Positions 33,781 through 41,428 of a stretch of 45,969 bases of DNA are shown here, one piece after another. The stretch comes from Candidatus Omnitrophota bacterium. Its GTDB lineage: Bacteria > Omnitrophota > Omnitrophia > Omnitrophales > Aquincolibacteriaceae. Numbering within the stretch: position 1 is the first letter of the stretch; the number at the start of each line of letters is the position of its first letter. The notes under the pieces were generated by a model that was given only the letters and a program-made list of their open reading frames with translations, did no database searches and had not been told where the DNA came from. The position numbers and the translations under genes were made by a program. The stretch spans positions 1 through 45,969 of the forward strand of contig JAQTOZ010000002.1 of assembly GCA_028713205.1 (NCBI GenBank), read 5' to 3'.

Positions 33781-34530
33781 ATGAAAATTCTGTATGCTGG
33801 GGATAGCGACGTTGGCGGTTCCGCCAATTATCTTTTAAGTATTTTAAATTTCCTGAAAGCCGATTTTTTGCATGTCCCGCCTTTCCGGACACTGAAACCG
33901 AATGTGTTCAGCAAACGATTTGATGCGATTGTGCTGAGTGATTTTTCAAGAAGGAATCTTCCCCTTCCAGCGGAAAGGGCGATCCTCCGGCAGGTCGAAA
34001 AGGGAACAGGCCTTCTCATGGTGGGCGGGTGGGGCTCTTTTTCCGGGCCCTTCGGATATTGGCACGGTTCGGGTATCGAATCCATTCTGCCGGTTCACTG
34101 TCTCGGCCGTGATGATCGGGTCAATTTCCCAAGCGGCGGACTGATGATCCCCAAAATGAAACATGCCGCCCTACGGGACGTCCGTTTCGAAGCGCCGCCG
34201 GCGATTATGGGTTTGAATCAGGTACGGCCGAAAAAAACAGGGCTTACCGTTTTGAGTGCGCAAAAAATACGGGCGCGTCAAAAATCAAAAAGGTTGTCCT
34301 ATGCCGTGACTTTGGACAAGAGCGAATACCCCTTGCTGGTCGTCGATCGGGATCCCGATCGAAAAGTCGCTGCTTTGACCACCGATTTGGCGCCGCATTG
34401 GTGCGGCGGGCTTGTGGATTGGGGCGGTTCGTTGATGACACTCAAGGTCAACCGGACAGCTTCCGTCCAAGTCGGTTATCTTTACGTGCGTTTTGTTGCC
34501 AATCTGCTGAAGTGGTTAGTGCGGACTTGA
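33781..34530 (+). CDS. Class I glutamine-amidotransferase-like fold protein (DUF1355/ThuA-like)
   Basis: MKILYAGDS...FDAIVLSD...GTGLLMVGGWGSFSG pattern. ATG 33781 is chosen over the track start at 33676. Confidence 0.45.
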   Translation: MKILYAGDSDVGGSANYLLSILNFLKADFLHVPPFRTLKPNVFSKRFDAIVLSDFSRRNLPLPAERAILRQVEKGTGLLMVGGWGSFSGPFGYWHGSGIESILPVHCLGRDDRVNFPSGGLMIPKMKHAALRDVRFEAPPAIMGLNQVRPKKTGLTVLSAQKIRARQKSKRLSYAVTLDKSEYPLLVVDRDPDRKVAALTTDLAPHWCGGLVDWGGSLMTLKVNRTASVQVGYLYVRFVANLLKWLVRT

Positions 34531-34629
34531 GATTTATTCACTGTGCTTTTCCCGTTTTCTCCGGAAGGGAAAATATCGGAGCGACTCAAAACGAGCCGGC
34601 AGGTTATTAAAAATAGAGGAGGCGATCAT

Positions 34630-35163
34630 TTGATTCGTGAAGAAACGATTAATTCCGAAACCGTCAGGGATGTGGCCCGCAAAATGTTAATGGCGGCACG
34701 TACGGCTCCCAAAGGCCGCGGGGAAGACAACATGGTCTTAGCGCTGGTCGAGGGAGATGAAATCAAACGGATTTCTCAGAAATTAGCGGAAATGGGCAAG
34801 CAATATGATATGCCCGGTTTCAAACGTGACGCGGAAAATATTTTGTCCGCCGCGGTCATGGTTTTGTTCGGCACGCGAATTAAATCCATGGGACTCAGAA
34901 AGTGCGGCATGTGCGGTTTCGCGAATTGCGATGAAAAGAACGGGCACCCCGATATTCCCTGCGTCTTTAACCCCGGCGATCTGGGGATTGCGATCGGTTC
35001 AGCGGTGAGTGTTGCGATGGATTGCCGTGTGGACAATCGGCTGATGTACAGTGTCGGGCAAGCCGTCCTGGCCCTGGGCCTGCTGGGCCCGGAAGTGAAA
35101 ATTGCTTATGGCGTTCCTTTGAGTGCGACGGCTAAAAACCCTTTTTTTGATAGAAAACCCTGA
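34630..35163 (+). CDS. DUF2148-like protein (ferredoxin-domain-containing, COG4739-like)
   Basis: ARTAPKGRGEDN ... CGMCGFANC ... GIAIGSAVSVA pattern. TTG 34630 is preceded by AGAGGAGG. Confidence 0.55.
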   Translation: MIREETINSETVRDVARKMLMAARTAPKGRGEDNMVLALVEGDEIKRISQKLAEMGKQYDMPGFKRDAENILSAAVMVLFGTRIKSMGLRKCGMCGFANCDEKNGHPDIPCVFNPGDLGIAIGSAVSVAMDCRVDNRLMYSVGQAVLALGLLGPEVKIAYGVPLSATAKNPFFDRKP

Positions 35164-35173
35164 AACACCGGTC

Positions 35174-36124
35174 ATGCGTCAATATTTCCCCGCTTGTTAT
35201 CTGATTGTGGCGCTAGCGATGGGCCATTGGTGCGTAAGTGCGGCCGATGTGCCACAAAACCCTGCCCCTGTCCACGATGCTTCAAACCAATCTAAAAATT
35301 ACAAATTCACAGCGGATTGGGTATCCTCGAATGTCCCGGTTTGGGAGAAAGTGCTTGCCCCTTACAAGGGGGCGCCCGGTGTGAACTATTTGGAAATCGG
35401 TGTTTGGGAAGGGCGGTCGGCGATCTGGATGCTGGAAAATATTTTGACCGACCCGTCATCCAGGATGACGGCCCTTGATATTTTTCCGCCGGAATCTCAC
35501 GCCCGGTTTCTCTCCAATCTGGAAAAGTCCGGGGTTAAAGATAAAGTCACTGTGATCAAGGGATATTCGCAAATAGAGCTTCGAAAGCTTCCGCTGGATT
35601 CCTTCGATATTATCTATGTCGATGGCAGTCATATGGCAGGGGATGTCCTTGCCGATGCCGTTTTGAGCTGGCCGCTGTTGAAAAACGGCGGGATTTTGAT
35701 TTTCGATGATTATCAATGGGAACGTCCCTATCCCGATGATTTGTTGCCCAAAACGGGTATCGATTCGTTTATAACAGCCTTCCGCCTCCAAACCATAATC
35801 GTGCACCAGGGGTATCAGATGATTTTGAAAAAAAACGCGAATTCCGTCGAATTCACGGATACCTTTCGCATGGGGCCGTATATCTATTTTTGGAAAAAGG
35901 GAAAGCTGTCACTGGCCAATCCCAGGAGACCGGTCCCCGTGACCCGTCAGGAAAAAAAATATATTAAGCGGTTAATCTTATCAAGGCCTTATGGCGTGTC
36001 CCGAATTCCTTACAATGAAGCGTTAAAGAGTCCCGATGCGGCCTATGCTCTTTTTGTACGGCGGTTGTTAAAGGGAGAATTGAAGGTACAGGAACAGCCG
36101 GAGGCTCAAAAAACAACCGGCTAA
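35174..36124 (+). CDS. Class I SAM-dependent methyltransferase (Methyltransf_24/O-MT-like) with a hydrophobic N-terminal signal/anchor
   Basis: NYLEIGVWEGRSAIWM (motif I), TALDIF and DIIYVDGSHMAGDVLADAVLSWPLLKNGGILIFDDY. The N terminus is MRQYFPACYLIVALAMGHWCVSA. Confidence 0.7.
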   Translation: MRQYFPACYLIVALAMGHWCVSAADVPQNPAPVHDASNQSKNYKFTADWVSSNVPVWEKVLAPYKGAPGVNYLEIGVWEGRSAIWMLENILTDPSSRMTALDIFPPESHARFLSNLEKSGVKDKVTVIKGYSQIELRKLPLDSFDIIYVDGSHMAGDVLADAVLSWPLLKNGGILIFDDYQWERPYPDDLLPKTGIDSFITAFRLQTIIVHQGYQMILKKNANSVEFTDTFRMGPYIYFWKKGKLSLANPRRPVPVTRQEKKYIKRLILSRPYGVSRIPYNEALKSPDAAYALFVRRLLKGELKVQEQPEAQKTTG

Positions 36125-36207
36125 TCCGTTTGGGTGATTGAAAAACAGGGGCTTTGCTGAAATTCAACATAGGATTCCAACAGAGGGCTTCTCCGAGAGA
36201 GGATGCG

Positions 36208-36978
36208 ATGATGAAAAGAATTCTTCAAAAACTTCGGTCGGTCAAGATTCAATTTGCCGCTTTCTTGGTTTTGTTTGCCGTTTATTTGGCATGGAAGGAC
36301 GAGGAACCGGTTTTCCTTCTGGTGATGCTGCTAGCGATCGCTTCGTGCCTGCTTTTTGAAGCGGTTTTCAGCTATTGGCGGGAAAAGAAATGGGACATTT
36401 CCAGCAGTGCCTGGATTACCGGATGTATTCTTGGATATGTGCTTTCAGCCGATCAACCCTGGTGGATTTTTCCGGTTGCGGCTTTTCTGGCCATCGTTTC
36501 CAAGTTTTTGATTCGCGTGAATAAAAAACACCTTTTTAATCCCGCCGCTTTAGGCACGTTTTTGGTGATTGCCTTTTTGGGGGCCACGACCCAATGGAGG
36601 GGGACCTATCTTTGGTATATCCTGGCACCGTTTGGGTTTTATTTTGTGTATAAATTCAGAAAATTGGAATTGCTGGCAAGTTATGGGGTGGTGGCGCTTG
36701 CTCTTTTTGCAGCGCGTGCCTTGAGTCAAAAGGTCCCGCTTTGGGACATTTTCGGGTATCTGAGCTATTTTTTTATTTTTATCATGCTGATCGAGCCCAA
36801 AACAACACCGGTAAAGCCTTTGGGAAAGATGATTTTCGGGGCCGGTGTTGCGGCGCTGATTTTTATCCTGACTGAAGCGGGCGTTCAATTCGATGCCGAG
36901 TTGGGTGCTTTGCTGATTTTTAATCTGACCGTGCCGCTTTTGAACAAATTGCCGGCTTTGAAAGGAGTCAAATCATGA
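36208..36978 (+). CDS. Stand-alone RnfD/NqrB-like polytopic membrane protein
   Basis: About 8 TM helices. KHLFNPAALGTFLVIAFL resembles the NPFNPAMIGYVVLL motif of RnfD/RsxD. No other Rnf/Nqr subunits are nearby. Confidence 0.55.
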   Translation: MMKRILQKLRSVKIQFAAFLVLFAVYLAWKDEEPVFLLVMLLAIASCLLFEAVFSYWREKKWDISSSAWITGCILGYVLSADQPWWIFPVAAFLAIVSKFLIRVNKKHLFNPAALGTFLVIAFLGATTQWRGTYLWYILAPFGFYFVYKFRKLELLASYGVVALALFAARALSQKVPLWDIFGYLSYFFIFIMLIEPKTTPVKPLGKMIFGAGVAALIFILTEAGVQFDAELGALLIFNLTVPLLNKLPALKGVKS

Positions 36979-37325
36979 GAAAATTTTTAATTTTCCTTAC
37001 TTTGAACATCGTTTACCTATTCACGGCTATTGCGGTCTATGCCCACCCGCCTGTGAAGATTGACTTGACGTTCGCCCCGGCAACGGAAACCTTAACAGCT
37101 GTGATCTCGCATCCGGTCAGTAATCCCGAGGTTCACTACATCGAAAAGGTGGAAGTCAAAAAGAATAACCAGGTTATTGCGAAACAAGAGTTTACAAAAC
37201 AAGACAATCATCAGACCCAAATTGCCAGCATCCAAATTCCGGATGCAAAGAAGGGTGATGTTTTGACCCTGCAGGCTTTTTGCTCGATCAGCGGGAGTTT
37301 GAAGAAAAAGCTAGCGGTTCAATAG
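36975..37325 (+). CDS. Small exported protein resembling the iron-binding beta-sandwich of superoxide reductase/desulfoferrodoxin
   Basis: Signal peptide ...FTAIAVYA|HPP. HPPVKI, SHPVSNPEVHYIEKVEV and AFCSISG line up with KHVPVIE, HPMEEKHYIEWIEL and YCNLHG of Dfx/SOR. ATGA overlap with the RnfD-like gene. Confidence 0.4.
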   Translation: MRKFLIFLTLNIVYLFTAIAVYAHPPVKIDLTFAPATETLTAVISHPVSNPEVHYIEKVEVKKNNQVIAKQEFTKQDNHQTQIASIQIPDAKKGDVLTLQAFCSISGSLKKKLAVQ

Positions 37326-37646
37326 AGGAACTGCGTGGCAATAGCCTGATTGCAGGAATCGAGATTCGGGTGACTTGTGGCAACCTGTCATTCAAATATC
37401 GGGCTAAAGTGTGGTGCATAGTTTTGTTATGCCCAGATTATCCGTTCTAGGTTTTGCCTAAAATTTATAGTGCAAATTATATTTTCCGTGGGTAAAATAC
37501 GGTTCGCTAGGTAAATTGGTTGGCGACAAAAAAGGATATATAGTTCCAGAAAGTGTTGCCGATAGGTATATGGATGTTTTAGTGTTGAGGAACTTGATAG
37601 AAACTGCAGATTTCGGTTTTTCAACTCAACAATAGGGAGGAAAACA

Positions 37647-37976
37647 ATGAGGAAATTTCTAGCGCTAGCGATTTTGCTATTTGTAGCGATTACACCGACG
37701 CTTGCTTTTGCCGCAAGTCCTTGGACGGAAAAGGAGACTTACGGTGACAGAGTGGCAGGCAAACTAGAATTCGGCTTGAAGAACGTTCTGTTGGGCTGGG
37801 TGGATCTTGCTTATGAACCCAACAAGGCGTTGACCGACAATAAGAATTTGTGGGGAGGCCTTGGCAAAGGCATTACGGATACGGTCATGAATGAAGTCGG
37901 CGGTGCTGTTCAGCTCGTGACTTTCATGATTCCCGTTGATCTTCCGCTCCCTGACAATGGAGTTGATTTGGGATAG
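37647..37976 (+). CDS. TIGR04073-like small secreted protein, paralogue 3
   Basis: AFAASPWTEKETYG, KLEFGLKNVLLGWVDL, GGAVQLVTFMIP and LPLPDNGVDLG are collinear with paralogue 1 (31045..31386). RBS GGGAGGAAAA. Confidence 0.6.
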   Translation: MRKFLALAILLFVAITPTLAFAASPWTEKETYGDRVAGKLEFGLKNVLLGWVDLAYEPNKALTDNKNLWGGLGKGITDTVMNEVGGAVQLVTFMIPVDLPLPDNGVDLG

Positions 37977-38002
37977 TTTTTAAGCAGTCAGGTATTACAA
38001 AA

Positions 38003-38037
38003 ATAGCCACCGGTATTTCACCGGTGGCTATTTTTTT
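38003..38037 (+). terminator. Intrinsic terminator
   Basis: ATAGCCACCGGT (38003-38014), loop ATTTC, ACCGGTGGCTAT (38020-38031): a perfect 12-bp stem followed by T7. Confidence 0.85.
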
Positions 38038-38346
38038 GTCTCGAGATCCATGATCAAGATGTCCCGCGAAACACCTTGTGCTACACCGGAACCCCACTGA
38101 ACGTCCGACCTCCCGCTGCTCAAGTTACGGTCTTGTTTTCTTGAGTGCCCCCGCGCTTAGCTCAATCGCCAACGGGCGTCACGACTTCCATATATTCTGT
38201 TGCTGCCCCTATTCTTTGATTGCCAAGTGATTGGGGGAAGGTTAAAATACCGCACGTTTTGGTCCAAGGGAGGCATGGGCTCGTCTTTCCTTACATTCGC
38301 CATCTCCCCATGCAGAATAAAATTCTCACACGGAGGTTATCAATTT

Positions 38347-39804
38347 ATGAGCGGCGTATTCGGGATTGTTTCCAAAAGTGATTGCATCAATGACCTTTTC
38401 TATGGGACAGACTACCACTCGCATATGGGCACTGAATTCGGCGGGATCGCGGTCCTGGGAGAGGAATTCACCAGGCAGATCCATAATATCAGTCAAAGCC
38501 AATTCAAATCAAAATTTTATGAAGAGTATCAGTACATCAAAGGGAATAAGGGGATCGGGGTTATCAGCTCTTTTGATGAGCAGCCGATTTACGTCAGATC
38601 CAAATTCGGCGAATTTTGTGTTGTGACCTATGGCCTTATCGATAATGCCGATGCGTTGGTCCAGGATCTATTGAAAAAAGGAGTTTCCTTTACCGAAGTC
38701 AGCCACAAAGGAGCGGTCAATTTGACAGAGCTTGTGGCGAAGATGATCAATCAGGGAGATGATTTAATTGACGGCATCGAGAAGACGTTCAGCAAGATCG
38801 AAGGGTCCTGCTCATTGCTGCTTCTAAACCGGGATGGTGTGTATGCTGCCCGCGACCGTTTTGGTTATACGCCCCTTGTGATCGCGAAACGGGAAGATGC
38901 CTACGCCGTGGCGTCCGAAACATCCGCGTTTCCCAACGGCGGATTTAAGGTGGTCAAGTATTTAGAACCGGGCGAGATTGTTCTTATTCGTGAAAACGGT
39001 ATGGTGTCGAAAGCTCCCGGAAGACCGACGAACCAGATCTGCTCATTCCTTTGGATCTATACGGGATTTCCGGCTTCCAGCTATGAAGGGATTAATGCCG
39101 AAATTGTGCGTGAACGGTGCGGACGCTTTCTGGCCAAGCAGGACAAAGATATCGAGGTGGATGTGGTGTCCGGTGTCCCGGATTCGGGTACCGCACATGC
39201 CATTGGTTATGCGATGGAAAGCGGTAAGCCCTTTCGGCGGCCGCTCATCAAATATACACCGGGTTATGGACGAAGTTACACACCCCCTTCCCAGGAAACG
39301 CGTGATTTGGTCGCCAGGATGAAATTGATTGCGATCAAAGAGATTATTCAAGGGAACCGCATTGTCATTTGTGAGGACTCCATCGTGAGGGGAACCCAGC
39401 TCAAGAATTTTACGATTCATAAGATGTGGGATTGCGGCGCGAAGGAAATCCATGTCCGGCCTGCCTGCCCCCCTCTGATGTTTCCATGCAAATTTTGTTT
39501 GTCCACGCGCAGCATCAGCGAGCTTGCCGCGCGCAAAGCGATCCGCCATATTGAAGGACGCGATATCGAAGATATTTCGGAGTACGTGAATCCGCGCTCT
39601 AAAAAATATCAAAAGATGGTTGATTGGATTGCCAAAGATTTGGAAGTGACGACTCTTCGCTATCAAACGGTCGACGATATGGTCGAAGCTATCGGACTGC
39701 CGAAAGAACAATTATGCCTTTACTGCTGGACGGGACAGTGTCCGAAGTCGGACCATGCGTCGTCGCAGAAGAAAACGGAAGCGTTGTGCCCCGCGGGCAC
39801 TTGA
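38347..39804 (+). CDS. Amidophosphoribosyltransferase (PurF)-like protein with a divergent N-terminal glutaminase domain
   Basis: PRTase motif RIVICEDSIVRGTQL. Fe-S-type Cys contexts are ICSFLWIYTGFP, FPCKFC and LCLYCWTGQCP. The N terminus is MSGVFGI rather than MCGI(V/F)GI. ATG 38347 is preceded by GGAGG; the track start at 38200 is unsupported. Confidence 0.8.
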   Translation: MSGVFGIVSKSDCINDLFYGTDYHSHMGTEFGGIAVLGEEFTRQIHNISQSQFKSKFYEEYQYIKGNKGIGVISSFDEQPIYVRSKFGEFCVVTYGLIDNADALVQDLLKKGVSFTEVSHKGAVNLTELVAKMINQGDDLIDGIEKTFSKIEGSCSLLLLNRDGVYAARDRFGYTPLVIAKREDAYAVASETSAFPNGGFKVVKYLEPGEIVLIRENGMVSKAPGRPTNQICSFLWIYTGFPASSYEGINAEIVRERCGRFLAKQDKDIEVDVVSGVPDSGTAHAIGYAMESGKPFRRPLIKYTPGYGRSYTPPSQETRDLVARMKLIAIKEIIQGNRIVICEDSIVRGTQLKNFTIHKMWDCGAKEIHVRPACPPLMFPCKFCLSTRSISELAARKAIRHIEGRDIEDISEYVNPRSKKYQKMVDWIAKDLEVTTLRYQTVDDMVEAIGLPKEQLCLYCWTGQCPKSDHASSQKKTEALCPAGT

Positions 39805-40346
39805 GTTTCGCCATCGTTTTGTCGTGAATCCGGCGTAAAAAGCCCGTGGATCGGTCTGCTTGCCTGGGTGAGAGGGACCGGTTTCCTTCATTTTATCATT
39901 ATGCCTTTTCACGGCAACTCTGATTTTGTTTACTCGGAATGATCCATAAGATCTGGCTTGCGCGCCGGGGATAAGCCGGGGGCGTTGAAGGACAGACCGA
40001 TGAATAAACATTGTGCGATTTATGCCCGTTTGAGTTTATTCCGGTTAGTCGCAAGTCTTGCTTTCGCGGGCTTTTAGTGTTTACCCCCAATAGATTGATT
40101 TATTGTCTTTGGCTTGCTCAATACAATGGGGTGCGGATTCGTAATTCTGATCGAAAGGGGGGATCTCGTTAGATCGTCAAATCAAATAAAGCATTTTCCC
40201 GTAAAAAAACCTATCGCAATTGCTGCTTTTGTAATATATTATACTTCTGTTCCGGCCTTAATTCTTTAGTAATTTCATTCTCTTGTAGTCAAAAAGCAAC
40301 ATCATTTTCGATGTGTGGTGTTTTTTAGTCAATAAGGAGATCAGCG

Positions 40347-41399
40347 ATGCCTTGGTTTCGAGGGAAAAAGAAGGCCGGTAACGGAAATAGCGCAAAAAAT
40401 AAAAAAGAAGGCAAAGAAGTTCCGGAAAAGAAAGAAACAGTCAATAAAAGAAGTTTGGCTTTTAAAGCAGCCACTCGCCAACCCAAAAGCATGCCGCCTT
40501 CGCCCCCTGCGAAGAAACCAGAAAAAAAAGCAGAGGAAGCTTCTGCGCCGCGTGTCGCTACCACACAAATGGAAATGCCCAAGCGCGAGCCGCTGAGTGA
40601 ATTGCCGTGGAATTACGGCGACAATCAAATTTACTTGATGGTGAGGGACCCCTACTGGCTTTTTTCCTATTGGGAAATTCAGAAAGATCATCAGGAAAAA
40701 AAGTTGAAGGAACTCGGCGGAAGTTGGGATGGGGTTTGTTCGGTCGTGCGTGTTTACGATGTCACCGAGCAAAGAAGAAACGCTCCGTTTTTCGACATTG
40801 TGCTTCAGGGGAACGCGCACAATTGGTATGTCAATGCTCAACCCAACCACAGCTATTTTGTTGAGATAGGTTTGCTCCATCGCGACGGCCGTTTTGTCGC
40901 ACTTGCCCGATCCAATGAGATCACCACGCCGCGGGCCGGGATGTCCGAAGTCATCGATGAACAATGGATGGGCATCGATTTTGACAAGATGTATGCCCTC
41001 TCCGGCGGATTTGAAGTCGGAAAAAGCTCCATGGAATTGAAGCAGCTCATGGAAGAGCGGCTCCGGGGGGCGATTTCCTCAGGGTCCGGCGGTGTGATTT
41101 CAAGCTTGGCCAGTCCGGTCAAGATCCATAAGAAAAGAGGCTTTTGGTTTATCCTTGATTGCGAACTGATTGTGTACGGAGCCACGGAACCGGATGCCAA
41201 AGTGACGGTGCAGGGTAAGGAAGTTAAATTGCGGCCGGATGGAACATTTACGCTACGATTTGCCCTTCCCGATGGCAAATATGTCATCGATGCGCACGCT
41301 GAATCAGCGGATGGAATCGAAGAGCGAGTGATTATTCCGATTGTTCAGCGGCATACAGAAAGACCAGCTCCCATTTTTAAATCGAAAGACAAGAAATAA
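40347..41399 (+). CDS. DUF4912 domain protein with a Lys-rich low-complexity N terminus
   Basis: LPWNYGDNQIYLMVRDPYWLFSYWEI is the DUF4912 hallmark. RBS AAGGAG. Located directly upstream of a GH57 gene, as is common for this family. Confidence 0.7.
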   Translation: MPWFRGKKKAGNGNSAKNKKEGKEVPEKKETVNKRSLAFKAATRQPKSMPPSPPAKKPEKKAEEASAPRVATTQMEMPKREPLSELPWNYGDNQIYLMVRDPYWLFSYWEIQKDHQEKKLKELGGSWDGVCSVVRVYDVTEQRRNAPFFDIVLQGNAHNWYVNAQPNHSYFVEIGLLHRDGRFVALARSNEITTPRAGMSEVIDEQWMGIDFDKMYALSGGFEVGKSSMELKQLMEERLRGAISSGSGGVISSLASPVKIHKKRGFWFILDCELIVYGATEPDAKVTVQGKEVKLRPDGTFTLRFALPDGKYVIDAHAESADGIEERVIIPIVQRHTERPAPIFKSKDKK

Positions 41400-41428
41400 T
41401 TCCGAAGCAGGTCTCGAGGTAACACAAA

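Noticed and set aside
38040-38346. Purine/ZTP/PRPP-type riboswitch upstream of the PurF-like gene
   Set aside because: I looked for the conserved cores I remember (for example the CCGCCTGGGC-type 3' element of ZTP and the purine-riboswitch loop motifs) and found none. This cannot be excluded without a covariance-model scan.
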